The notes: generated from the sequence alone by a model not told the origin. Shown: positions 15,341-23,293, counted from the stretch's first letter. The stretch is DNA of 24,000 nucleotides from Methanomassiliicoccales archaeon (GCA_004377185.1 SOIM01000020.1:70931-94930); one strand, 5' to 3'. Made by a program: numbers and translations.

Positions 15341-15404
15341 ATTTGACGCCTCTTTTCCGCTTAGGGGACTTGAATGTCCATTTCGGGTATCCTATATCTC
15401 CCTA

Positions 15405-15412
15405 TTTATATA
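15405..15412 (+). promoter_or_regulatory. TATA-like box upstream of the AbrB-like gene
   Basis: TTTATATA is centred about 29 nt upstream of the ATG at 15437. Confidence 0.4.
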
Positions 15413-15436
15413 AGGGGTTGTATTTTCTTTTATAGT

Positions 15437-15628
15437 ATGTTGGAAGGTTGTGTTCCGATTGGAAAGGGAAGAATTCAGTCAATTGGTGGGTCGCTATGCT
15501 CACTTGTGCCAGCCGTTTATCGGAAGTTTGTCAGGCTGGAGAAGGGCGATACCGTGGATTTGTTCTTTGAGGGTAATAACAAATTGATAATCAAGCCAGC
15601 GAAAGATGATGGGGAGGGAGCAGACTGA
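15437..15628 (+). CDS. AbrB/MazE/SpoVT-type DNA-binding domain protein
   Basis: The ORF track opens at 15374. I prefer the internal ATG at 15437 because of the TATA-box spacing. IGKGRIQSIGGSLCSLVPAVYRKFVRLEKGDTVDLFFEGNNKLIIKP is a typical swapped-hairpin SpoVT/AbrB domain. Confidence 0.6.
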   Translation: MLEGCVPIGKGRIQSIGGSLCSLVPAVYRKFVRLEKGDTVDLFFEGNNKLIIKPAKDDGEGAD

Positions 15629-15669
15629 AAAAGATAGCCTGCATAAGCGTCTTCCTCCTGCTCATAACG

Positions 15670-15930
15670 ATGATCCTTCTCCCCCGCTATTTTTTCGGAC
15701 CCAAAGTAGTCGCACAAAAGAAGGAGACAACTTATCCCGGTTCTATTTCAGTGACATACGGAACCGCAACTGGCATCCTTCATTATGTAGTAGGTCAGGA
15801 TGGAGTCAGTTATCAGGTCGCGGAGGAAGATACGAACTCTGGGAGTATCCTCTGGAATGACACAATAAACACACAGATCTTTGAGGAATGCTTGAGCAGG
15901 GCAAAGCTGGCAACGGAGGTTGCAACTTGA
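15670..15930 (+). CDS. Hypothetical small protein (possible N-terminal membrane anchor)
   Basis: 86-aa ORF. The same frame is open from 15610 and encodes a hydrophobic KKIACISVFLLLIT segment upstream, but with no canonical start there. No family is recognised. Confidence 0.3.
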   Translation: MILLPRYFFGPKVVAQKKETTYPGSISVTYGTATGILHYVVGQDGVSYQVAEEDTNSGSILWNDTINTQIFEECLSRAKLATEVAT

Positions 15931-16163
15931 ACGGTGTCTTTGGAAGTGAGGGGATTCCCCCACCGTCTAGCACTGTCTTTGGCCGAAAGCTTCACCCTAT
16001 TCATGCGCTATTATTTGCTGCATTCGTTCTGATTCTGTTGACTGTCCTCTTTGTCTTCATCCTGATAGTCACAGGTGAAATGAGCCAAGTTGTATTGACT
16101 CTTATAACGGATGTCGTTGCGCTTGTTATTGGTGCTCTGTTCGGATCGAAACTTGTCGAGTAA
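15888..16163 (+). CDS. Hypothetical small membrane protein (two predicted TM helices)
   Basis: 91-aa ORF with the hydrophobic stretches ALLFAAFVLILLTVLFVFILIV and VVLTLITDVVALVIGALFG. The start is uncertain and it overlaps the previous ORF. Confidence 0.3.
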   Translation: MLEQGKAGNGGCNLNGVFGSEGIPPPSSTVFGRKLHPIHALLFAAFVLILLTVLFVFILIVTGEMSQVVLTLITDVVALVIGALFGSKLVE

Positions 16164-16260
16164 TCGGCCCTGTAGCACGATTCGCATGGATCCAATATTA
16201 GAGATTGCAGATGGAAACCTTCTCCCGATGCCATAGGAGTGGACAACTTCAAGGAAAAGA

Positions 16261-16293
16261 ATGAAGAAGCTAAACCCAGATTGAGTGCCGCGA
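16261..16293. repeat. Right copy of the 33-bp direct repeat (putative attR), covering the last codons of the hexuloisomerase gene on the minus strand
   Basis: ATGAAGAAGCTAAACCCAGATTGAGTGCCGCGA. Its reverse complement encodes ...SRHSIWV* of the 16270-16818 gene. Confidence 0.8.
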
Positions 16294-16818
16294 CCTCATC
16301 TTCTTATCGTCCTGATCCATTCTGACCATGAGCTCTGCGATTATTCCATCCAGTAGGATCATAGCCGCATCCTCGAAAAGAGTGCCCAAGGGTGCCAACT
16401 TCTTAGATTTCTCATTCGTATCCGTCCTGAGAGGAAACACCACGTTCCCGGCATGTGCGAGTTTCGAGGATTCCCTACTGGTGATCACGACCACGTTGGC
16501 TCCCACCCTCCTGCAGATGTTGGCCGTTTGAATCGCGGACATCGTCTCCCCTGTGCTGGAAATTGCCAAGACAAGACTCTTGTCATCCACTATCGGCGTG
16601 GCTATGTCCCCAATGAAATAGACGGACATGCCCAGCTGGACGAGCCTGATGGCAAAACCCTTCGCGACCAGACCCGATCTCCCCACTCCATAAACGAAGA
16701 TCTTCTCCGCCTTCATTATGAGATCGATGACCTCCTCCACCTGGCCCTTGTGGTCCTCAGTGAGAACCTTCTCAATCTCTTTGAGTATATACTTGGATGA
16801 TTCCTCGAAGATGGTCAT
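16270..16818 (-). CDS. hxlB: 6-phospho-3-hexuloisomerase (SIS domain)
   Basis: 182 aa. KIFVYGVGRSGLVAKGFAIRLVQLGMSVYFIGD...LVLAISSTGETMSAIQTA...GANVVVITS is the PHI/SIS pattern. Confidence 0.8.
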   Translation of the reverse strand: MTIFEESSKYILKEIEKVLTEDHKGQVEEVIDLIMKAEKIFVYGVGRSGLVAKGFAIRLVQLGMSVYFIGDIATPIVDDKSLVLAISSTGETMSAIQTANICRRVGANVVVITSRESSKLAHAGNVVFPLRTDTNEKSKKLAPLGTLFEDAAMILLDGIIAELMVRMDQDDKKMRSRHSIWV

Positions 16819-17846
16819 TTCTTGCCCTCTTTCTTCTTCTTGTCGGCTTTGGTCACCCTTCTTGACAAGACCCTCTCCAATATCACCTTCATGTACATCG
16901 CATCGTGCTCAAGCAAAGGAGAACTGGATATTACCGTAATGTCCAGGTTGTTATCCAAAATACACTCAGCCAAGGGCTCGAACTTCAAATCACCTCTCTT
17001 AATCGGCGTGTACCTGAGCTCATTGCCACCCTCGTGCTCCACCCCGGAGAAATGCGTATGAAGATGTTTCTTGACAAAGGGCTCTGCCGCATCGATGACC
17101 TCCTGAAAATCCTCCTTTTTCCTCAGAGATCCATTCCCCCGTGAGTGAATATGAGAGAAATTGAGCACCGGGACGATGTCCTTGACCTTCTCGCACACTT
17201 TCAGTACCTCGTTCAGGTCTCCGAAGACCTCCTGTCTCCCGCTGGTTTCCAATCCCAGTTTGGCCTTGATCTTCCTCTTCTTGAGCCAGTTCCCGAGTTC
17301 ACTCAGGTTCTTGACGACCCGATTCATCGTCACTCTGGAAGTGAGTTCGCCGTACAGTCCCACGTGAGTGACCACGACGCTAGCTCCCATCTGGTTTGCC
17401 ATCAAGGCCCCCCACTTTATGCTGTCAATGCTCCTCACGGTGAGGTCACCGCCTCCCACCAGGTCCATGTAGTAAGGTGTGTGAAGCGTCAGTTCAATAT
17501 CCAGCTCCCTTGCCAGATCACCCAGACCGTCCAATTCCATATAGTCCTTGGCAAGGCCTGAGGTAAGAGAGTTGATCACGTCCCCTTTCCTTATCTTGAC
17601 GTCCAGGTTGGTGATGGCTTCCTCCTTGTCCCCCGTCCTCCTCGAGATCTCAACGATAAGTTCGCCCTCGATTTCTTTGGGTGCAAGCCCAATATCTTCG
17701 TCCTTGGCATACCTCTCGTTGAGGTTCGCCCTGACAAGCTGGACCTCCATCGCTGTAAGGCCGAGACGGTGTACGTCCTCGATACCGTCCTTAAGAGTGC
17801 GACCCTTGCAAGAAAGAGGAATACCAGAAGGGCCGAAACGAATCAT
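16815..17846 (-). CDS. Xylose-isomerase-like TIM-barrel protein (AP endonuclease 2 / endonuclease IV-like family)
   Basis: 343 aa with MIRFGPSGIPLSCKG...GLTAMEVQLV, VVTHVGLYG, LGLETSG, NFSHIHSRGNG and HTHFSGVEHEGGNE (metal-ligand His/Glu pattern). The tail is Lys-rich. Its stop overlaps the hxlB start by 4 nt. Confidence 0.6.
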   Translation of the reverse strand: MIRFGPSGIPLSCKGRTLKDGIEDVHRLGLTAMEVQLVRANLNERYAKDEDIGLAPKEIEGELIVEISRRTGDKEEAITNLDVKIRKGDVINSLTSGLAKDYMELDGLGDLARELDIELTLHTPYYMDLVGGGDLTVRSIDSIKWGALMANQMGASVVVTHVGLYGELTSRVTMNRVVKNLSELGNWLKKRKIKAKLGLETSGRQEVFGDLNEVLKVCEKVKDIVPVLNFSHIHSRGNGSLRKKEDFQEVIDAAEPFVKKHLHTHFSGVEHEGGNELRYTPIKRGDLKFEPLAECILDNNLDITVISSSPLLEHDAMYMKVILERVLSRRVTKADKKKKEGKK

Positions 17847-18010
17847 TTGTTATTCTCCCCACTAAATGAATATTTGGACTATTATATTAATTGCTGAACA
17901 TATAAGTATCTTTCGATGTTTCGTTTTTCTGACATACGTCCATGCCCCCATCCAGAACAAAAAGGTTTATAACACGAGCTTTCATTATATCGCGCTCAGA
18001 GGATCTCCAT

Positions 18011-18373
18011 ATGGGAAAGCTCAGGAAAAGGAACGAACACCTCATCAAGCTGATCGAGGAGCTGAAGATACTGTCCTACAAGAAGAATGCCCGGATATGG
18101 AAGGACATAGCCAAGAGACTTTCCAAGCCTTCCAAGAACTGGGCGGAAGTGAACATCAGCAGGATTGCTAGACATGCTAAGAAGAAGGAGACAATCCTTG
18201 TTCCCGGAAAGCTCCTGGGCGCGGGAAGCATCGATATTCCTCTGACCGTCGCTGCTTTCAATTCTTCCGAGTCCGCCAAGAAGAAGATCGAGAAGGCTGG
18301 CGGGAAGGCAATCACAATACAAGAGCTCATGAAAGCCAATCCGAAAGGAAGCAGTATCAGGATAATGGGCTGA
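18011..18373 (+). CDS. rpl18e: 50S ribosomal protein L18e
   Basis: The ORF track opens at 17942. The ATG at 18011 gives a 120-aa protein, MGKLRKRNEHLIKLIEELK...ARIWKDIAKRLSKPSKNWAEVNISRI...LVPGKLLGAG, which is typical L18e. An AT-rich promoter region lies upstream. Confidence 0.85.
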   Translation: MGKLRKRNEHLIKLIEELKILSYKKNARIWKDIAKRLSKPSKNWAEVNISRIARHAKKKETILVPGKLLGAGSIDIPLTVAAFNSSESAKKKIEKAGGKAITIQELMKANPKGSSIRIMG

Positions 18374-18378
18374 AGGAA

Positions 18379-18792
18379 ATGGTCGTCATAGATGCCACTG
18401 GTCACATCATCGGTCGCCTCTCCAGCTTCGTTGCCAAACGCCTGCTGAACGGTGAGGAGATTCACATCGTGAACGCGGAAAATGCTATCATCACGGGGGA
18501 CAGCGACAGTATCTTTCAAGAGTACAAGGAGATGAGGGACATCGGTAGCCAGAGAAAGGGCCCGTTCTACCCCAGGATGCCAGACAGGATTCTGAAAAGG
18601 ACAATCCGGGGAATGATCCCCTACCAAAAGCCCAGAGGGAGAAAGGCGTTCAAGAGGTTGAGGGTCTACATTGGGGTCCCGACCGAATTTGAGAAAGAGA
18701 AACTCGAACGGATTGAGAAGGCGTGCCAGATCACTACTCCATATTACATCCAGCTTTCGGAGCTGAGCAGGAGGCTGGGTGCCAAGTTCTAG
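18379..18792 (+). CDS. rpl13: 50S ribosomal protein L13
   Basis: VIDATGHIIGRLSSFVAKRLLNGEEIHIVNAE...RTIRGMIPY, in the conserved archaeal gene order. Confidence 0.9.
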   Translation: MVVIDATGHIIGRLSSFVAKRLLNGEEIHIVNAENAIITGDSDSIFQEYKEMRDIGSQRKGPFYPRMPDRILKRTIRGMIPYQKPRGRKAFKRLRVYIGVPTEFEKEKLERIEKACQITTPYYIQLSELSRRLGAKF

Positions 18793-19230
18793 GTGGTTCG
18801 ATTGGTAAAGGCGGTGAACACAAGCGGGAAGAGGAAGAGTGCGATCGCAAGAGCGACCGTCAAGAAAGGCTCGGGAAAGGTCAGAATAAACAAGAGACCG
18901 CTGGAACTGCATGACCCGTTGCTCGCAAGGCTGAAAATATCCGAGCCCCTGTCCTTTGCGGAGAAATCACTCGTGGCCAAGGTGGACATTGATGTGATAG
19001 TCAGGGGCGGAGGCGTGATGGGCCAGGCGGACGCGTGCAGGACGGCCATCGCAAGGGGACTGGTGGAATATCTCAAGACCAACAAGCCCAAAAGCAGCGA
19101 CTACGAGGACCTGGAAACCCTCTTCAGAGAGAGGGACAGGAGCCTGCTTGTGAACGATCCAAGAAGGAAGATGCCCAAGAGGCCCATGGGGCGGGGCGCA
19201 AGAAAGAAAAGGCAGAAGTCCTACAGGTGA
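18793..19230 (+). CDS. rps9: 30S ribosomal protein S9
   Basis: GTG start abutting the L13 stop. [27 protein letters not shown]...[19 protein letters not shown]...[24 protein letters not shown]. Confidence 0.9.
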   Translation: MVRLVKAVNTSGKRKSAIARATVKKGSGKVRINKRPLELHDPLLARLKISEPLSFAEKSLVAKVDIDVIVRGGGVMGQADACRTAIARGLVEYLKTNKPKSSDYEDLETLFRERDRSLLVNDPRRKMPKRPMGRGARKKRQKSYR

Positions 19231-19234
19231 ATGT

Positions 19235-19426
19235 ATGATAATACCGGTAAGATGCTTCACTTGCGGAAAGGTTGTGGGTTCAGTCTGGGAGGAGTACAGC
19301 AAAAGAACCCAGGAAGGCGAGGATCCGAAGGCTGTTCTGGATTCACTCGGAGTGAAGAGGTATTGCTGTCGCCGGATGCTCATCTCCAATGTTGAGCTGA
19401 TAGATGAGATCATGCCCTTCGGCTAG
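19235..19426 (+). CDS. rpoN: DNA-directed RNA polymerase subunit N (Rpo10)
   Basis: [17 protein letters not shown].....G......LD.LG..RYCCRRM is the signature of RpoN/Rpb10. Confidence 0.9.
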   Translation: MIIPVRCFTCGKVVGSVWEEYSKRTQEGEDPKAVLDSLGVKRYCCRRMLISNVELIDEIMPFG

Positions 19427-19498
19427 CGCTCACAGCATTTCGTCTGGAGCTCATTTCACATCTTTCAGATATGTCGCTTTGTCAGTGCGGCAAACATC

Positions 19499-19506
19499 TT
19501 TTTATC
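19499..19506 (+). promoter_or_regulatory. TATA-like box upstream of tRNA-Pro
   Basis: TTTTTATC is centred about 27 nt upstream of the tRNA 5' end (19530). Confidence 0.4.
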
Positions 19507-19529
19507 TAGTAATACATTCCGCGTCAAAA

Positions 19530-19602
19530 GGGCCCGTGGGGTAGCTTGGTATCCTTCCAGCTTGGGGTGCTGGTAACTCGAGTTCAAATCTCGGCGGGCT
19601 CA
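19530..19602 (+). tRNA. tRNA-Pro (anticodon GGG), no intron, CCA not encoded
   Basis: Hand-folded cloverleaf. Acceptor is GGGCCCG/CGGGCTC and the D-arm has G18G19. The anticodon stem is CCAGC/GCTGG with loop TTGGGGT (34-36 = GGG, G37). The T-arm is TCGAG-TTCAAAT-CTCGG and the discriminator is A. Confidence 0.85.
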
Positions 19603-19621
19603 CTGTTTTCCCACAAAAACT

Positions 19622-21013
19622 CTAGTGATGGTGGTGGAGCCCTCCGGGAGGCGCCAGGTTTGCGAACGCCCCAGTGACAACTTCGCTGAGCGCTGGATGT
19701 ATCACTTGTGTTCTGGTCAGCGGCAGGTAGTCCCCCCGCTCTGCATTCATCAGATCCACAACCAACTGAACCAAAACTGAGGCCTCTGGCCCCACGATAT
19801 GAGCTCCAAGAATCCTCTTACTGCCTGCATCCACGATGACCTTCACCACACCGTCCTCCTCTGCCATCGCATACCCCTTGGCAGTGTCGATGTACCTCTT
19901 GATGCCCACAAGTATCTGGTGCTCTTTCTTGGCCTCCTCCTCGGTCAATCCGACTGAACCGATCTGGGGATGTGTGAAGATCGCATGTGGCACTGCATGT
20001 TCGTCTACCATCTTCCTGCGGTTCTCGAAGAGATTTGCCCAGACTATCTCGGATTCCATGTTGGCTGTGTGGCGGAACTGATGGCGGCCTGTCGCATCCC
20101 CCAGCGCGTAGATGTATGGTTTGGTCGTTTGCAGGTATTTGTCAACGAGTATCCATCCCTTCTCGTCCGTCTCCACTCCGCTTTTTTCGGGTTTCAGAAG
20201 ATCTGAGTTGGACCTTCTTCCGGCCGCAATGAGGATCTCGTCCGCCTTGAACTTGTAGTGCTTGCCATCTGCCCTGTTCTTGGCTATCAATGTCTTTCCT
20301 CCGTTTTCCTTGTTTGCCGATGTCACTTCGTGGTTGGTGTATATCCTCACGTACTTCGATAACCTGAGCTTCAGGATCTCGGAGACAAGCGGTTCCTCGC
20401 TGGGAACCAATCTTGGATTGCGACCGATGACGGTCACCTTGGTCCCAGCGCTGGAAAAGAAATGAGCGAACTCGACCGCGATGTAACCCCCTCCCACGAT
20501 CAAGAGGCTGTCTGGAGGTTCCTTGATGTTGAAAACGTTCCTGCTGGTCAGGAAGCCAACACCTCCAATCTCCTTGATGCGTGGAATGTGAGGTCTGGCT
20601 CCAGATGCGATGACGATCTTGGGGGCTGTCATTGTCTTTGTTCCCACCCTCAAGGTATAGTCTGCGATGAACTCCCCAACCTGCGGATGAAAATCAACGT
20701 TGGGGTCCTGGCTCACGCCTTTCTCCATCTCGCGCCTGTCTCCCAGCACTATCTTCCATACCCTCTTCATCAGGAGTTCGAAATCGATGCCCTCAACGGA
20801 GGCGAAGACACCGATGTTCTTGGCTTCCTGAATCTGCTTGATGAGGTCCGCAGGATGGATCATCACTTTTGAAGGTATACAACCTCTGTTGAGGCAGGTA
20901 CCACCGATTGGATCCCTGTCCAAAACCGCAACTTTCATGCCGCTCGCGGATGCCTTTGCGGCGACATTCATGCCCGCTCCAGACCCGATTATTATCGTGT
21001 CATACTCGATCAT
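19622..21013 (-). CDS. Class-I FAD-dependent pyridine nucleotide-disulfide oxidoreductase (dihydrolipoyl dehydrogenase / glutathione-reductase family)
   Basis: 463 aa with YDTIIIGSGAGMN (FAD GxGxxG), the redox disulfide GGTCLNRGCIPSK, LLIVGGGYIAVEFA (NAD(P)H GxGxxA/G), and the C-terminal dimerisation-domain HPALSE (His-Glu pair). It ends ...GGLHHHH. Confidence 0.8.
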   Translation of the reverse strand: MIEYDTIIIGSGAGMNVAAKASASGMKVAVLDRDPIGGTCLNRGCIPSKVMIHPADLIKQIQEAKNIGVFASVEGIDFELLMKRVWKIVLGDRREMEKGVSQDPNVDFHPQVGEFIADYTLRVGTKTMTAPKIVIASGARPHIPRIKEIGGVGFLTSRNVFNIKEPPDSLLIVGGGYIAVEFAHFFSSAGTKVTVIGRNPRLVPSEEPLVSEILKLRLSKYVRIYTNHEVTSANKENGGKTLIAKNRADGKHYKFKADEILIAAGRRSNSDLLKPEKSGVETDEKGWILVDKYLQTTKPYIYALGDATGRHQFRHTANMESEIVWANLFENRRKMVDEHAVPHAIFTHPQIGSVGLTEEEAKKEHQILVGIKRYIDTAKGYAMAEEDGVVKVIVDAGSKRILGAHIVGPEASVLVQLVVDLMNAERGDYLPLTRTQVIHPALSEVVTGAFANLAPPGGLHHHH

Positions 21014-21142
21014 CCAAACCCTCGTGCGACATTGGTTCGAGCGATAAAATGCTTTCGTTCTTGTGTCAGAGGACTTTCATCGATTGTCGAGAACGGGCGA
21101 GCATTGCAAGACTGGGTAAGGAATGTTCCATCTCTCCGAAAG

Positions 21143-21150
21143 AATTATAT
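21143..21150 (+). promoter_or_regulatory. TATA-like box upstream of the KaiC-like gene
   Basis: AATTATAT is centred about 28 nt upstream of the ATG at 21175. Confidence 0.35.
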
Positions 21151-21174
21151 TGACTTGGTCTGATTCTTTTCTCG

Positions 21175-22077
21175 ATGAAGAAGATAAGGAGCGGAGTCTA
21201 TGGACTCAACGCTCTGATGGATGGGGGAGTTAATGAACACACTACAACGGTTGTCATAGGTTCCTCCGGTGCCGGAAAGACCACCTTTGCCACTCAGTTC
21301 TTGAGAAGGGGTCTGGAGGAGAACGAGGACGCCATCTTCATAACCCTGGACGAAACCCCTGAACAGATAATCAAGGAAGCGAGCCTGATGGGTTGGGAGG
21401 ACGTTGAAAACTACATGGAAGAAGGAACCATGGTTTTCGTGGATGCGGGAGGGAAGCAGTTCTCGCAGTTCATTCAGAAGGAGCTGGCTGAGTTCGTGGA
21501 CGACTGGGCGGGACACAAGGCCAGGATTGTGATTGATCCCCTTACTCCAGTTCTGTGGTCCGTGAAGGAGAAGTACGAGCAGAGGGAGCTGGTCTCCTTC
21601 CTGTTGAGGGAGACAAGGAAGATTGGAACGGTTCTCTGCACTCTTGAAGAACATGGAACGGTCGGTGACCTGAGCGGTCCCGAGATTGTGATTCCCATGT
21701 ACCTGGCGGACAACGTCATCCATCTGAGGTACGCGAGCCACGAACATCCGGAAAGGAGGGAGTTGAAGATCGTCAAATGCAGGAGCAGTAAGCACAGCAG
21801 GTTCTGGCATCCCTATGGGATAATGAAAGGCGCTGGTCTGTACATTCGGAGGAAGGAGAACGATACCACTAAGATGGTGGTCGAACCTGATCTGACCGCC
21901 TTGCTCAAGGAAAAGCTGGAAGCGTCCGGGAAAGGAAACGCCTCAAGACTCTCGGGAAAGGCCCTCACGAACATCCTCAGAACGACCGAGCTTCTATCAA
22001 GAGAACCTTTTTCCGACATTACTCCAGAGGAGCTGATTCATCTTATCCTTGAAGAGTATGGCTTGAATGAGGACTGA
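21175..22077 (+). CDS. KaiC/RadA-like RecA-superfamily ATPase
   Basis: 300 aa with SGVYGLNALMDGGVNEHTTTVVIGSSGAGKTTFATQFL (Walker A), RIVIDPLT (Walker B-like) and ELKIVKCRSSKH, the typical KaiC-like single-domain pattern. It carries a ~70-aa C-terminal extension. Confidence 0.75.
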   Translation: MKKIRSGVYGLNALMDGGVNEHTTTVVIGSSGAGKTTFATQFLRRGLEENEDAIFITLDETPEQIIKEASLMGWEDVENYMEEGTMVFVDAGGKQFSQFIQKELAEFVDDWAGHKARIVIDPLTPVLWSVKEKYEQRELVSFLLRETRKIGTVLCTLEEHGTVGDLSGPEIVIPMYLADNVIHLRYASHEHPERRELKIVKCRSSKHSRFWHPYGIMKGAGLYIRRKENDTTKMVVEPDLTALLKEKLEASGKGNASRLSGKALTNILRTTELLSREPFSDITPEELIHLILEEYGLNED

Positions 22078-22088
22078 CGGGTATTTTC

Positions 22089-22814
22089 ATGCCGAAGAAG
22101 ATGGGGGAGGCGCTGAAGACCGTTGTCGGGGAAGGGTATGAGGGAGAAGAGGAGAAGAAGGGAAGAGTTGAGTCCGTTCTGATGAACCCCAACAGGGAAC
22201 AGATCTTCCAGTTCCTGATATTTCATCCCTGCAGTCACATGCGAAAGGTTGCTAATGAACTCAACATGAGCCCACCGACGGTGAAGTGGCACTTGGAGAA
22301 GTTGAGGACTGGCGGCTACGTGAACTCAGCCCTCATCAAGAACAAGAAGGTATTCTATCCCCGGAGGATGGTGGCGGAAGGGGAGGCGGTTTCTTTGCTC
22401 GAGGCAGTGAACCGGGACAGGATTGGCATGACCTTCCTCGTCATTCTGGAGAACCAAGGCTCGACCCAGAGCGAGATCGCGGAGATATTGGGGTTGAGTA
22501 CCCAGTCCGTGAGGGGTTACATCGCAACACTGGAAAGGGTTGAGCTGATTACTACGATAGTTGACGGCAAGCACAAGAGGTACTTCCCCTCAGACAAGCT
22601 GAAGAAAATGGAAAAGAGCATGAGGAAGAGGATAAGGACCTTCAGGAGGTTCCTGATCAAGAAGCTTGAGAAGGACAGACTGAACCCTTCCATCGACCTG
22701 TCCAGGAGGAGGGAGGCCGAGATAACGATACACGTCTCAAAAAGAAAGAGCAAGATAAGGATTCCGGACGAACCTTTTACTTCGTCAGTCATATCCATGA
22801 TAGGTGGTGAGTGA
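22089..22814 (+). CDS. Transcriptional regulator with two ArsR/TrmB-like winged-helix domains
   Basis: 241 aa. wHTH 1 is NREQIFQFLIFHPCSHMRKVANELNMSPPTVKWHLEKLRTGGYV. wHTH 2 is FLVILENQGSTQSEIAEILGLSTQSVRGYIATLERVELI. It starts 12 nt after the KaiC-like stop. Confidence 0.6.
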   Translation: MPKKMGEALKTVVGEGYEGEEEKKGRVESVLMNPNREQIFQFLIFHPCSHMRKVANELNMSPPTVKWHLEKLRTGGYVNSALIKNKKVFYPRRMVAEGEAVSLLEAVNRDRIGMTFLVILENQGSTQSEIAEILGLSTQSVRGYIATLERVELITTIVDGKHKRYFPSDKLKKMEKSMRKRIRTFRRFLIKKLEKDRLNPSIDLSRRREAEITIHVSKRKSKIRIPDEPFTSSVISMIGGE

Positions 22815-23283
22815 GTTACCTAGTGCAGACCGCAAATCCAAGACAGACGAGATACTGGAGTACTTCGTGTCCAGAAGTAACGAAGAGGTCTCAATCGAAA
22901 GGTTGGCTACGGACCTGAGGATGAACCAGAAGATAGTGGGAAGCATTGCTAGCAGGCTTGCCGCCCGAGGAATAATCGCCAGGCAATCCAGAGGGGTCTA
23001 TGTCCATAAGGAGGAAGAGGTCAAAGCCTCCACCGTCAAAGGGATTCTCAATCATTTGGAGGAAACGATTGGCAGGACTTTCGGGCATCAGATAGGGGGG
23101 AAGATTGGCATATCCAGTGTCAAGGACAGGGATGGCCTGGCCGGGCTCGAGGATGCCTTAGAGAGGATGGGGGATGTCATCGGGAAAGGGGGCGCTGTCA
23201 ATCTAATGAGGGCTGTTGCTAGGAAGGTGGCCACACCGAGCGAGTACAACTACATCTTAGCAAAGATGGACATCTCTAGCTGA
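22804..23283 (+). CDS. Hypothetical protein with an N-terminal winged-helix domain
   Basis: 159 aa. Its GTG start overlaps the upstream stop by 11 nt. DEILEYFVSRSNEEVSIERLATDLRMNQKIVGSIASRLAARGIIARQSRGVYV looks like a MarR/PadR-type wHTH. Confidence 0.45.
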   Translation: MVSELPSADRKSKTDEILEYFVSRSNEEVSIERLATDLRMNQKIVGSIASRLAARGIIARQSRGVYVHKEEEVKASTVKGILNHLEETIGRTFGHQIGGKIGISSVKDRDGLAGLEDALERMGDVIGKGGAVNLMRAVARKVATPSEYNYILAKMDISS

Positions 23284-23293
23284 TTTGAAAACA

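Larger units (their letters stand above)
12612..16293. mobile_element. Putative integrated element (~3.6 kb interior, 12645-16260) bounded by 33-bp direct repeats; no recognisable integrase
   Basis: Direct repeats at 12612-12644 and 16261-16293 are 32/33 identical. Each repeat carries the 3' end of a flanking host gene, JAMM on + and hexuloisomerase on -. The interior holds DUF3800-like, wHTH, AbrB-like and small TM ORFs and looks more AT-rich by eye (not computed). Confidence 0.7.

Noticed and set aside
18076-18912. 278-aa minus-strand ORF antisense to rpl18e/rpl13/rps9
   Set aside because: The plus-strand frames carry unmistakable ribosomal-protein signatures, while the antisense product has no recognisable motif. 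The same reasoning rejects the antisense or shadow ORFs at 5862-6479, 6906-7487, 7851-8444, 1755-2210, 1901-2452, 17145-17561 and 21145-21810.
19622-19636. C-terminal HHHH on the disulfide oxidoreductase, which looks like an engineered His-tag
   Set aside because: There are only four His (CAC CAC CAT CAC), preceded by native-looking sequence. There is no linker, protease site or vector sequence, and the genomic context is intact. It is most likely a natural tail, possibly metal-binding, and not evidence of a construct.
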